32,000 nt of DNA from Methylotuvimicrobium sp. KM2 (GCF_038051925.1 NZ_CP150634.1:4730864-4762863); one strand, 5' to 3'. Positions 10,489 through 19,716 are shown, counted from the stretch's first letter. The notes: generated by a model from the letters alone, not told the origin. Numbers and translations: made by a program.

Positions 10489-11970
10489 TTAGGACAAATT
10501 TGCATGCTTTTCTTCAACCATCTCGCTGATCAAGGCCATCACTTCGGCGCTGGCATCTTCCGACTGTTGCATGTCGCTGATTATGTTGTCGATGATTGCT
10601 TTGTTGCTTTGCCAGTTGTTTCGTGAATATTCATAGGCGCGTCGCGTGAATTTATGCACATCTTCGTGAGGTTTATTCAGCCTGGCATAGGCTTGCGTGG
10701 ATCTAAATTGCTCATGCCCAAGCCCATCGAAATACCATTTGCCAAGCCTGCAATGCTGATGATCGACATCGATCGCATCGGCTTGCGGACAACGCTTTAG
10801 GTTTTCGATCGCGATATAGCCGTTCTGTTTATAAACAATATGATCGACTTTGGTTAATAGTGCAAAGGTTTTATCCTTGGCATAACTGATATAGCCGACC
10901 GACGCTTTTGCCGAAATTGAAAGATCGGCAAACTGACTCCGAAATTCGTCGACTTTTTCCATGATTTCTTGGGAAAGTTCGGCGGATGCCTCGGCTTCGG
11001 AATGCATTTGATTGACGCGCTTATTGAATGAATTGAGTGTTTTAGTAACCTCCAGCGCCGCATTCTTAGTATGATCGGACAAGTTTTTGACTTCTTCCGC
11101 GACGACCGCGAAACCACGCCCATATTCGCCGGCTCGTGCAGCTTCGATCGAGGCGTTGAGTGCCAACAGATTGGTTTGGTCGGCGATACCGGTGATCATC
11201 GATAAGGATTCGGTTACTTTTTTACTATCGTCGATCAGTGCGGTAATGACATCGGTAACCGAATGAATATTGTCATTGATATTGGTTAACGAATGGCTAA
11301 TTGTATTGACCGACGACAAGCTATTTTCGGCGTTATTGCCGGTATTAATCGCGATGCTTTCAACCTTATGCATTTGTTCGGTAATGCTCAGTAGGTCTTC
11401 CTGATTGGATTTGAGATTATCGAGTAAATTCGAGGTATTCAGCAGGTGCAGTCCGGCAGAAAGGCGATTTTTCGTGATCATCGTTTCATTATCGCTCATG
11501 ACTCGCAGTGCTTTATTGACCGATTTCGCTGACGATTTAAGTAAGCCGGGAAAGCCGTCCGCAAGAGCGTAACGGTTATGATTGCCTTTGGCCGCTTGAT
11601 CGAAACAAGTCGTGATTTCCTTGAAATAAGACTCCATGATGTCGAGCATTTCGTTCAATTCCCAAGCGATTTTGCCGAGCTCGCCCATTCCCTTGGTTCT
11701 TGTGATTCGGTGGTAAAGTTCGCCGTCATTGGTTTTAATTAATACATCTTGGATGATGGCAATAATACGCAAATATTTTTTTGTTTCTGTGAGCGCGTAA
11801 AATGCAATGACGGTGAGTCCAAGGTTAAAGAGGAGAACTAGCCATGAAAAGCCGCTGGTAAAAGTCGTGTAAAAAAAATTGATCGCAGCGAGGAAACTAA
11901 TACCGGCCACGGCATAATTAACCTTGGCTTCGAGAAAAGGAATGTCGGCACTGGTGTGGCGGCTCATCAT
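10489..11970 (-). CDS. Methyl-accepting chemotaxis protein: N-terminal TM hairpin, no periplasmic domain, C-terminal CZB (chemoreceptor zinc-binding) domain
   Basis: Signalling hairpin tip [37 protein letters not shown]-terminal [10 protein letters not shown]...HEDVH matches the CZB H-x3-C-x-L-G-K-W motif. Confidence 0.88.
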   Translation of the reverse strand: MMSRHTSADIPFLEAKVNYAVAGISFLAAINFFYTTFTSGFSWLVLLFNLGLTVIAFYALTETKKYLRIIAIIQDVLIKTNDGELYHRITRTKGMGELGKIAWELNEMLDIMESYFKEITTCFDQAAKGNHNRYALADGFPGLLKSSAKSVNKALRVMSDNETMITKNRLSAGLHLLNTSNLLDNLKSNQEDLLSITEQMHKVESIAINTGNNAENSLSSVNTISHSLTNINDNIHSVTDVITALIDDSKKVTESLSMITGIADQTNLLALNASIEAARAGEYGRGFAVVAEEVKNLSDHTKNAALEVTKTLNSFNKRVNQMHSEAEASAELSQEIMEKVDEFRSQFADLSISAKASVGYISYAKDKTFALLTKVDHIVYKQNGYIAIENLKRCPQADAIDVDHQHCRLGKWYFDGLGHEQFRSTQAYARLNKPHEDVHKFTRRAYEYSRNNWQSNKAIIDNIISDMQQSEDASAEVMALISEMVEEKHANLS

Positions 11971-12509
11971 TAAACTCCATTCGGTTTATAAAGCCCCAGA
12001 ACGAGACTGTCATAATTTTTGGCGCCGGTCTGCGCGACGACATCGAATAAATAGGCCAGCGATTTGTCCGGAGCTTCTTTCGCGGAACAGCCTTTTTCTA
12101 TCGCCAGCATTTCCCGATAAACCGGCACCAAAACATCCAACGCCGACGTCGGCGGTTTGCGCCTAACCGAATAATAACCCTGCAATTTGCCGTCTTTGTC
12201 GTAGTCCGGCGTAATATTCGCGAAGACCCAATAAAACCCACCATCTGAACACAGGTTTTTGGCAAAACCGAAAAATTCGTTTCCGGACTTTAAGGTATCC
12301 CACATAAACCGAAATACGCCGCGCGGCATTTCGGGATGCCGAATAATATTGTGTTGCACGCCAAGCAATTCGGACTCGGCGTATCCGGCAATTTCCATGA
12401 AAATACGGTTAGCGTAAGTGATTTTGCCGCTAATATCGGTTTTCGAAACGATAAAGTCGTTATCGCCCAGTTTCTTTTCGTCATTATTCGGGATAATATT
12501 TTTTTTCAT
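11970..12509 (-). CDS. Stand-alone Aer-type (FAD-binding class) PAS domain protein, translationally coupled to the MCP
   Basis: [68 protein letters not shown] aligns with the E. coli Aer PAS core (HNMVRHPDMP). The stop overlaps the MCP start (TAATG). The ATG at 12509 gives a typical N-terminus. The track ORF extends to a GTG at 12593 that has no SD. Confidence 0.8.
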   Translation of the reverse strand: MKKNIIPNNDEKKLGDNDFIVSKTDISGKITYANRIFMEIAGYAESELLGVQHNIIRHPEMPRGVFRFMWDTLKSGNEFFGFAKNLCSDGGFYWVFANITPDYDKDGKLQGYYSVRRKPPTSALDVLVPVYREMLAIEKGCSAKEAPDKSLAYLFDVVAQTGAKNYDSLVLGLYKPNGV

Positions 12510-12815
12510 CGTTGTGATGCGCCTTATAAGGTTCGATACATTTTTAGCAGAGTCGATTCCATAAAGTCTAGCTGTTGTAAAAAATATCGCCACCAGCTAA
12601 ATAATTTTCCTCATTCGCACTGCTCCAGCGTGGGAGTGCGTACCTATCTTGCCTGGCAGCGAAGTTATGAGGTCCCACAGAGGGCGCTCATCGTTATACA
12701 TAAATTGTAGGGTTCCTCCAGCCTGCTAAGCTCCGAATCCCTGCCCGGATCAAACCATAAGGGCTTGTGGTAGCATTGGTGGGGTTGCCATGGTACTCAC
12801 AGCCTACCCTATACC

Positions 12816-12837
12816 TCACTGCCATTAAGTTAAGCCG
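12816..12837 (-). repeat. Solo terminal repeat of the family 2 MITE
   Basis: cactgccattaagttaagccgt is identical to the first 22 nt of the 18306-18439 copy. No partner end is nearby. Confidence 0.6.
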
Positions 12838-12931
12838 TCACAGAATAAGTAATTCTGGTATTCAGGATCGAATGTACTTCAAAAGCCTGCCATCTATGGC
12901 ACTGGATTCCGTCAGTCCCTCACCTAGCGTT

Positions 12932-13065
12932 CACTGCCATTAAGTTAAGGATTTTTCCGTTCGCCCTGAGCCTGTCGAAGGGTGAATGGAAAAATCCTGG
13001 GTCGATAAGTTAAGCCGTCCATGGTTCGACAGGCTCACCACGAACGGCTTAACTTAATGGCAGTG
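12932..13065 (+). mobile_element. 134-bp MITE, family 2, copy 1
   Basis: 18-bp terminal inverted repeats cactgccattaagttaag / cttaacttaatggcagtg and two internal hairpins. Flanked by the 12-bp direct duplication tcacctagcgtt (12920-12931 and 13066-13077). Confidence 0.85.
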
Positions 13066-13094
13066 TCACCTAGCGTTAGGTGAGGGATCGACAT

Positions 13095-13142
13095 CCCGGC
13101 GCCTACTCGGGCACTGCCGAAATTTGAAGTGCGAAAGGTATA
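13095..13142 (+). repeat. 48-bp direct repeat, family 3, copy 2
   Basis: cccggcgcctactcgggcactgccgaaatttgaagtgcgaaaggtata matches 10269-10316. Confidence 0.8.
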
Positions 13143-13394
13143 AAAAGCAGGAACACAGCAATTAGCAAAAAATGGCTTTTATCGACAGCCTACCTTAGAT
13201 ACCCTTGCTATTGTCCGGTTTTGTAGGAAAGTATGATGGAAAAACGGAAATCGTTCGAGTTTTTTAGACGATAGATAAACGGGAGTTGAAGAGAGGATGA
13301 GGCCAGTTGTTTCATCAAATGACCTTAGAGGCAATAAGAGTGTATCGCCTCTAAGGATTTAGATAGCAATAAGCCGATTAATTAACGATCTTAT

Positions 13395-13790
13395 TTAATT
13401 AACGACTCTATGTCCGCGGTTACGTAAACAAGTGCGGTAAGATCGTTTGAAGGCTTCCTCGGCCTCGAAGCCTTGTTTAGCGCCGCCGCCGAAACCGCCG
13501 GCCGCCGCGCCGATCGCAGCCCCTGTTCCGGGGCTGCCTGTAAAGGCACCAACCACGGCGCCACCCGCCGCACCAATTGCCGCGCCGACGCCGGTACCGA
13601 TAGCGGTTTCCTTAACGGTACCGCCTGCCGCTTGACGAGCAAGTTGATCGCATTCGTACAAGTCTTGATTCAAACGGTAGGCATTGGGACTATCGTAAGT
13701 ATCGACCGTGGGTGTCCAACCGGTTTGAGTGGCGCAAGCGGATAGCAGCAATCCGCCGATCATGGTGATTCCAAGTGTCGATTTTTTCAT
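13395..13790 (-). CDS. Glycine-zipper outer-membrane lipoprotein
   Basis: Lipobox signal peptide MKKSTLGITMIGGLLLSAC. Gly/Ala zipper GTGVGAAIGAAGGAVVGAFTGSPGTGAAIGAAAGGFGGG. C-terminal YRTCLRNRGHRV, typical of this family. Confidence 0.8.
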   Translation of the reverse strand: MKKSTLGITMIGGLLLSACATQTGWTPTVDTYDSPNAYRLNQDLYECDQLARQAAGGTVKETAIGTGVGAAIGAAGGAVVGAFTGSPGTGAAIGAAAGGFGGGAKQGFEAEEAFKRSYRTCLRNRGHRVVN

Positions 13791-13867
13791 AAATATACCT
13801 CTTTGTTGAGTTTATAGCTGGAGCAAAAATAAAACCTTATATATGAATAAAGAATGAATTAGATCGA

Positions 13868-16351
13868 TTAAAGTTCCCTTAAAACGGATACCGGCGGTTT
13901 GTCGACTACTTGCCTAACGCCCCAGAAACCTGCGAGTCCGATAAAAAAGCCGCTAAGCGTAGGCATGACCAACCATAGCAGAAAATTGGGCCGGTAATTC
14001 AAGTGCAGCACTTCGGTATATAACGCGAAAAGCACGATTTCGGACAGGCCGATCGCCAAAATTCCCGCACTAAAACCCAATAGCGCAAATTCGATTATAT
14101 GCGTCTTCCGTAAAAATTGCCGATGCGCTCCTAGCGTTCGCATCAGCGCACCTTCATGAATGCGTTGGTCCAACCCGGCTTGAACCGCCGCGAACAGCAC
14201 GGTAAATCCGGCCAGTAGTGCGAAATATAACAAATAGTTGATCGCTTGGGTTAGTTGCGCCAAGATCGTTTGGAATTGTTTGAGAATCAAATCCACTTCC
14301 AGAACGGTTACACTCGAGTAGCGTTTGACCAGTTCATTCAAGAAATGTTTTTGATTTTCCGGCAAATAAAAACTGGTCATCGAGGTGCTGGCAAATCCGT
14401 CCAAGGTTCCCGGCGAAAAAATCATATAAAAATTAGGCTTCATCGTATCCCACTTAACGCTGCGAATACTGACGACTTCCGCTTGCAATTGTTCGCTTCC
14501 GATCGTAAAAGTCAGTTTGTCGCCGAGCTCAACGCCAAGACTCGAAGCCAATTTTTGCTCGATCGACACCAAACCCGGGCTATCATTCGTCCACCACTTG
14601 CCGGATAGAATCTTGTTTTCATCGGGCACCTGCTCCGACCAGGTTAGGCTCAAGTCGCGATGCGTGGCTTGTTCGCCTTGGGAATCCTTACTGACGATTT
14701 TTTGCACCGGAATGCCGTTGATTCGGACGAGTCGTCCGCGAACGATCGGATAAAAGCGGCTGCCGGTCAGGCCTTGGTCATCCAAATCCTGCTGGAAATC
14801 GGCTTGTTGTTCGGGAAAAATATTCAACACGAAATGGTTCGGCGCCTGTTCCGGCAACTGACGTTGCCAATCGGTCAATAAATCGTTTCTGACCGTGAAG
14901 CTCAAGGTCATCGCCACCAGCGTGATGCTAAATGCCAAAATCTGACTCACCGATGCCTGCCGGTTACGAATCAAACCTTGCACGCCGAAACGCCAAGTTA
15001 GAGGCAAACTGGGCAACAATTTTTGACAGGCCCAAAGGATTCCGTAAACCGCGCTGCCCAATACGAGTAACGCGATCAGGCCGACGCCGATGATGATGCC
15101 GGTCATTTTAAAATCTTCGGTATAACGCCATATCAAAACCGCGATAATAGCGATCGCCAAACCGTAAATCAGCCAAGCCGCGGACGGTAACGGCTCCAGG
15201 TCGCGGCGCAACACGCGTAGCGGCGACACCCTTTTGAGACGAAGCAGCGGCGGCAGAGCAAAACCCAGCAATACCGCCATGCCCGTCGCGAAACCGAAAA
15301 ATACCGCAAACCAGCTCGGCGAGGCGATGGCATCCGGTAACAAATCATGCAAAAGATGAAACAGCCCGGCCTGCGCAAACCAGCCTAGAAGACAACCGAT
15401 GGCGCTGGCCAACATTCCGAGAATAAAAAACTGACTACCGTAAAGCCATAAAATTTCTTTTTGCTTCAAGCCTAAGCATCTCAATACCGCTGTGGCATCG
15501 AAATGACGTTCGCTATACCGGCGCGTTGCAGCGGCAATCGCAACGCCGGCAATCAAAATCACGACAATGCTGGACAAGCCCAAGTAGCGCTCGGCCCGAT
15601 TTAGCGCATTGCCGACTTCAGGGCGGTCTTGATGAATATCCATGATGCGCTGGGACGGATTCAGCTGCGGCTTGATCCAACGATTGAATGCCATGATGCT
15701 CTGCGCTTCGCCGGCGAACTGAAAGAAATAATGCACATGACTGCCCGGTTGTATCACTCCCGTAGCCGGTAAGTCGTCGGCATGCATCATGACCCGCGGC
15801 GATAGGCTGTAAAAATCGCCCCGCTTGTCCGGCTCGTAAGTCAAGACACGGCTGATCGTCAACGCTTTTTCGCCGACCGTCAAGGCATCGCCGATTTGCA
15901 AATGCAGTGCCGACAGCACGCGTTTTTCAACCCATACCGACCCTGGCTCAGGTCCGGACGCCACTATTTGCTCGTCGCTGAAATCGGCGCCGGTGACCTT
16001 TAAAAAACCGCGTAACGGATAACGGGGACTGATCGCCTTCACGCCGGCCAGCAACAGTTCGTCGTTTTCCATCAAGACGCTTGAAAACTCGGCGGTTTCC
16101 GAACGGGTCAAGGCCAATTCGCCGGCCTTTTCCAGCCATGCGCCGGGAATGCGTTCGGGACTCGTTATTACTAAATCGGCCGCGAGAAAATCGGCGGCTT
16201 GTAAGGTCATCGTACGATGCAGGCGATCGGCGAATAGCGTAATTGCAGTCGAACTGGTCACGGCGATGATCAACGCGGCAATCAGAATCGTGAGTTCGCC
16301 GGAACGGCTATCGCGAAACAACAAGCGTAGCGCCAAATTAAAACGCGTCAT
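13868..16351 (-). CDS. ybbP: ABC transporter permease, double FtsX-type (YbbP-like)
   Basis: 827-aa polytopic protein. ATGA overlap with the upstream ATPase gene. Shows the conserved tesA / ybbA-ybbP synteny known from E. coli. Confidence 0.85.
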   Translation of the reverse strand: MTRFNLALRLLFRDSRSGELTILIAALIIAVTSSTAITLFADRLHRTMTLQAADFLAADLVITSPERIPGAWLEKAGELALTRSETAEFSSVLMENDELLLAGVKAISPRYPLRGFLKVTGADFSDEQIVASGPEPGSVWVEKRVLSALHLQIGDALTVGEKALTISRVLTYEPDKRGDFYSLSPRVMMHADDLPATGVIQPGSHVHYFFQFAGEAQSIMAFNRWIKPQLNPSQRIMDIHQDRPEVGNALNRAERYLGLSSIVVILIAGVAIAAATRRYSERHFDATAVLRCLGLKQKEILWLYGSQFFILGMLASAIGCLLGWFAQAGLFHLLHDLLPDAIASPSWFAVFFGFATGMAVLLGFALPPLLRLKRVSPLRVLRRDLEPLPSAAWLIYGLAIAIIAVLIWRYTEDFKMTGIIIGVGLIALLVLGSAVYGILWACQKLLPSLPLTWRFGVQGLIRNRQASVSQILAFSITLVAMTLSFTVRNDLLTDWQRQLPEQAPNHFVLNIFPEQQADFQQDLDDQGLTGSRFYPIVRGRLVRINGIPVQKIVSKDSQGEQATHRDLSLTWSEQVPDENKILSGKWWTNDSPGLVSIEQKLASSLGVELGDKLTFTIGSEQLQAEVVSIRSVKWDTMKPNFYMIFSPGTLDGFASTSMTSFYLPENQKHFLNELVKRYSSVTVLEVDLILKQFQTILAQLTQAINYLLYFALLAGFTVLFAAVQAGLDQRIHEGALMRTLGAHRQFLRKTHIIEFALLGFSAGILAIGLSEIVLFALYTEVLHLNYRPNFLLWLVMPTLSGFFIGLAGFWGVRQVVDKPPVSVLREL

Positions 16352-17040
16352 ACCAGTCTCCCGGCATCGAGTTTAATGCTGCGCCGGCAGCGTTCGGCCA
16401 AATGGCTGTCATGCGTGACCAATATGAGCGTGGTGCTGTTTTCGCGGTTCAATTCGAACAATAAATCGATGATTTGTTCGCCGGTTTTACTGTCCAGATT
16501 GCCGGTCGGTTCGTCGGCGAATAAAATAGCCGGCCGCGTCACGAAAGCGCGGGCCAACGCGACGCGCTGTTGTTCGCCGCCGGAAAGCTGCCTTGACGTA
16601 TGATTGAGCCGGTGGCTTAATCCCACCCTGCCGAGCAAATCGGCGGCCAAAACACGCGCATTTTTGTTGCCGCCCAACTCCAACGGCAACATCACATTTT
16701 CGACAGCGGTCAACCCCGGCAACAATTGAAACGACTGAAACACAAAGCCGATCAACTCGTTACGTACCGCCGCCCGCCCGTCTTCATCCATCGCCGTCAA
16801 ATCGCGACCGTCAATCGTCACGGAACCGCTTGTCGGCGTATCGAGCCCGGCCAACAAACTCAATAAAGTCGATTTGCCGGAACCGGACTCGCCGACCACC
16901 GCGAGACTCTCTCCCGGTTTGATTTGTAAATCGACCGATGCCAAGATATGTAAGGTGCCATCCGAAGTTTGCACGGTTTTACCGAGATTTTCGGTGACGA
17001 TAATATCTTTTAACGTTCTTTCAGGTTGAGTCTGTGTCAT
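16348..17040 (-). CDS. ybbA: ABC transporter ATP-binding protein (YbbA-like)
   Basis: Walker A GESGSGKST, signature LSGGEQQRV, Walker B ILFADEPTGNLD. Confidence 0.9.
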   Translation of the reverse strand: MTQTQPERTLKDIIVTENLGKTVQTSDGTLHILASVDLQIKPGESLAVVGESGSGKSTLLSLLAGLDTPTSGSVTIDGRDLTAMDEDGRAAVRNELIGFVFQSFQLLPGLTAVENVMLPLELGGNKNARVLAADLLGRVGLSHRLNHTSRQLSGGEQQRVALARAFVTRPAILFADEPTGNLDSKTGEQIIDLLFELNRENSTTLILVTHDSHLAERCRRSIKLDAGRLV

Positions 17041-17641
17041 GTTTAAATTTTTGCTTGCAGTAATAATAGCGTTAAGTTCAGCGGTCGTGTCGGCTGAAAC
17101 GATTGTCGTATTAGGCGATAGTATCAGCGCCGGATACGGAATAGAAGCGGGGAAAGGCTGGGTCGATTTACTTCAGAAAAAGCTGGAGGCCGAAAAGTTC
17201 CCGCATCAGGTGGTTAACGAAAGCATCAGCGGCGATACCAGCGCCGGCGGATTGGCTCGCATCGACAGCGCGTTGGCGCGGCATAGCCCGGAATGGGTGC
17301 TGCTGGAGCTTGGCGGCAACGACGGTTTAAGAGGATTGACCCCCAAGCAAATGCACGACAACTTGAACGAAATCGTCAAGCGTTCGAAACAAGCCGGCGC
17401 GCAAGTTTTGCTACTAGGCATGCGCATGCCGCCGAATCTCGGTAAACGCTATATTGAAATTTTTTACCAGGTTTATCCGGAACTGGCCAAAGAACACGAC
17501 CTGCCTTTCGTGCCTTTTATACTCGAAGACGTGGCCCTGAAAGCGGAACTGATGCAGCGCGACCGAATTCATCCGAATGCCGACGCACAACCGATTATCG
17601 CCGAAAAAGTATGGGAATATTTAGGTCCGCTGTTAAAATGA
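17039..17641 (+). CDS. tesA: SGNH/GDSL arylesterase / acyl-CoA thioesterase I with signal peptide
   Basis: Signal peptide MFKFLLAVIIALSSAVVSA. Block I VVLGDSISAGYG, block III LELGGNDG, block V DRIHPN. Divergent from ybbA. Confidence 0.88.
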   Translation: MFKFLLAVIIALSSAVVSAETIVVLGDSISAGYGIEAGKGWVDLLQKKLEAEKFPHQVVNESISGDTSAGGLARIDSALARHSPEWVLLELGGNDGLRGLTPKQMHDNLNEIVKRSKQAGAQVLLLGMRMPPNLGKRYIEIFYQVYPELAKEHDLPFVPFILEDVALKAELMQRDRIHPNADAQPIIAEKVWEYLGPLLK

Positions 17642-17705
17642 CAAGCCTTATTTCGGGTTTCCACCCGGCCGATTCACTCCAATAAATATAATAACGAGAT
17701 CATTG

Positions 17706-18128
17706 ATGAATGCCTTAACTCTGGAAAAAGCCAATCAAATCATTCATGTCGCATTAACCAATGCCCGCCAACTCAACCTAGAACCGCTGACCGTGGTCGT
17801 ATTGGACGAAGCCGGTCATCTCAAAGCGATGCAACGCGAAGACGGCGCCACGATGATTCGAGAGCAAGTCGCGATCGCCAAAGCGTGGGGCGCGGTCAAC
17901 ATGGGCATGTCGTCGCGAAATCTTGCCGCCGTCGCCGAGCAACGCCCCGACTTCATGAACGCGCTGATCGGCTTGGCCGACGGAAAAGTCATGCCCGTAC
18001 CGGGCGGCGTACTGATTCGTAATGCCGACCACAAAATTCTCGGCGCGGTCGGAATCTCCGGCGACGTCTCCGACCAAGACGAGCGCTGTGCGATCGCCGG
18101 AATCCACGCGGCCGGTTTATTTTGCTAA
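17706..18128 (+). CDS. GlcG/HbpS-like (DUF336) putative heme-binding protein
   Basis: PVPGGVLIRNADHKILGAVGISGDVSDQDERCAIAGI matches the GlcG family signature. The ATG at 17706 directly follows the TTG used by the ORF track. Confidence 0.75.
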   Translation: MNALTLEKANQIIHVALTNARQLNLEPLTVVVLDEAGHLKAMQREDGATMIREQVAIAKAWGAVNMGMSSRNLAAVAEQRPDFMNALIGLADGKVMPVPGGVLIRNADHKILGAVGISGDVSDQDERCAIAGIHAAGLFC

Positions 18129-18305
18129 GGAACGAGCATGAAATAACTTCATTCTAATATCGCAAGGAAGGAGGATTCGATTGACAGATGTCGGCCGCAC
18201 GCCCCGAAGCCACCTTAGATAAAACTGAAACAAAAACAAACCGCATCGTCATTCTTGTCGCATTGGTCGCCATGCCAATCGACTTATCTTCCCCACGCTA
18301 GTGCG

Positions 18306-18439
18306 CACTGCCATTAAGTTAAGCCGTTCGTGGTGAGCCTGTCGAACCATGGACGGCTTAACTTATCGACCCAGGATTTTTCCATTCACCCTTCGACAGG
18401 CTCAGGGCGAACGGAAAAATCCTTAACTTAATGGCAGTG
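18306..18439 (-). mobile_element. 134-bp MITE, family 2, copy 2 (inverted)
   Basis: Its reverse complement is identical at 134/134 positions to 12932-13065 (checked block by block). Flanked by the 12-bp duplication cacgctagtgcg (18294-18305 and 18440-18451). Confidence 0.9.
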
Positions 18440-18714
18440 CACGCTAGTGCGTGAATGTAGGCGAGTTTGCCCTGAATTGCGGGTGTGATGAGCTCGTGCG
18501 TCAAGTCGAGCAACCCCATGTCCCTATTGATCTCATTCACCACCAAACCGATCGCGCCGAATGAGCAAAGTATCGCATCCAGGTCATCGGCGTAACCGCC
18601 ACCGCCGAGCCCAAAATTCTGAGCGGTATTTTGCACGCTCGCCACGTCGAGGTATTCCCTTTCTATTGAAAAAACGTCTAAAAATGAAAAGATATGGGGA
18701 TATCTAGCGATGTG

Positions 18715-18742
18715 TTGTGAAGTTAAGCAATTTCCCTATAAT
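18715..18742 (+). promoter_or_regulatory. Candidate sigma70 promoter of the hydrogenase operon
   Basis: TTGTGA (18715-18720), 16-nt spacer, TATAAT (18737-18742), 31 nt upstream of the small-subunit ATG. Confidence 0.4.
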
Positions 18743-18773
18743 GCAATGATTTACTTCAAATGAGACGAAAACG

Positions 18774-19715
18774 ATGGCTACCTTATTCTGGCTACAGACA
18801 GGCGCCTGTGGCGGCGATTCGCTGGCGCTATTGAGTGCTGAATCACCGAGCCTCGAACAAATTTTTTCGGCTCACGGCGTTGAATTGCTATGGCACCCCT
18901 CGTTGTCCGGCGCGTCGATGCGCGAGCACGACGCGCTGCTCGAACGCATCGTCAACGGCGAACAAGCGTTGGACATACTTTGCGTCGAAGGCAGCATCGT
19001 CACGGCCCCGCGCGGTACCGGTCTGTACGACAGCTACCGCGGCCGGGCGCGCATGGACATCGCGCGTGAATTGGCAGAGCGGGCCGGTACGGTCGTCGCG
19101 ATGGGCACCTGTGCTGCCTACGGTGGCGTTCATGCCGCGGCGCCGAATCCGGGCGATTGTATCGGCCTGCAATACAACCGTTCGACTCCGGGCGGTCTGT
19201 TGCCGCCGGAGTGGCGTTCGCGCGCGGGCCTTCCTGTCGTCAACGTCTCCGGTTGCCCGGCACATCCCCACGCCATGACCCAGACGCTGGCCTGGCTCGC
19301 CGCCGGACTGCCGTTGCCGCTGGACGAACTGAATCGTCCTAAGGCGTTCTTCAATACCGTCGTTCATCAAGGGTGTACGCGTAACGAGTATCACGAATAC
19401 GACATCGAAGAAAACGAACCGGGCGGGCGCGCCTGTCTGTTTTTCAATCTCGGCTGCCAAGGGCCGATGACGCAGGCGGTATGCAACAGCGATCTGTGGA
19501 ACGGCACCAGCAGCAAGACTCGCGCCGGCGTGCCTTGTTTCGGTTGCACGTCGCCGAGCTTCCCTCGCGACACCGATTTGTTCTTGACTGAGAAAATCGG
19601 CGACATTCCGTTGCGCTTGCCGCTGGGCGTCGAACGTCCCCGGTACATGGCATACAAGAATCTTGCCCGCGCCGCTGCGCCGGAACGCGTCAAAGACAAG
19701 AAAATGGACGTTTGA
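18774..19715 (+). CDS. [NiFe]-hydrogenase small subunit, cytoplasmic (no Tat leader), group 2 sensor-like
   Basis: Starts directly at MATLFWLQTGACGGDSLALL. FeS-cluster motifs MGTCAAYGG, SGCPAHP, HQGCTRNEY, CLFFNLGCQGPMTQAVCNSDLWNG and GVPCFGCTSP. No RRxFxK motif. Confidence 0.9.
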   Translation: MATLFWLQTGACGGDSLALLSAESPSLEQIFSAHGVELLWHPSLSGASMREHDALLERIVNGEQALDILCVEGSIVTAPRGTGLYDSYRGRARMDIARELAERAGTVVAMGTCAAYGGVHAAAPNPGDCIGLQYNRSTPGGLLPPEWRSRAGLPVVNVSGCPAHPHAMTQTLAWLAAGLPLPLDELNRPKAFFNTVVHQGCTRNEYHEYDIEENEPGGRACLFFNLGCQGPMTQAVCNSDLWNGTSSKTRAGVPCFGCTSPSFPRDTDLFLTEKIGDIPLRLPLGVERPRYMAYKNLARAAAPERVKDKKMDV

Positions 19716-19716
19716 G

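Noticed and set aside
13323-13356. A rho-independent terminator of the lipoprotein gene
   Set aside because: A 10-bp stem (ccttagaggc / gcctctaagg) is present 39 nt after the stop. However, the loop is 14 nt and neither strand has a convincing U-tract, so I kept it only as a hairpin observation.
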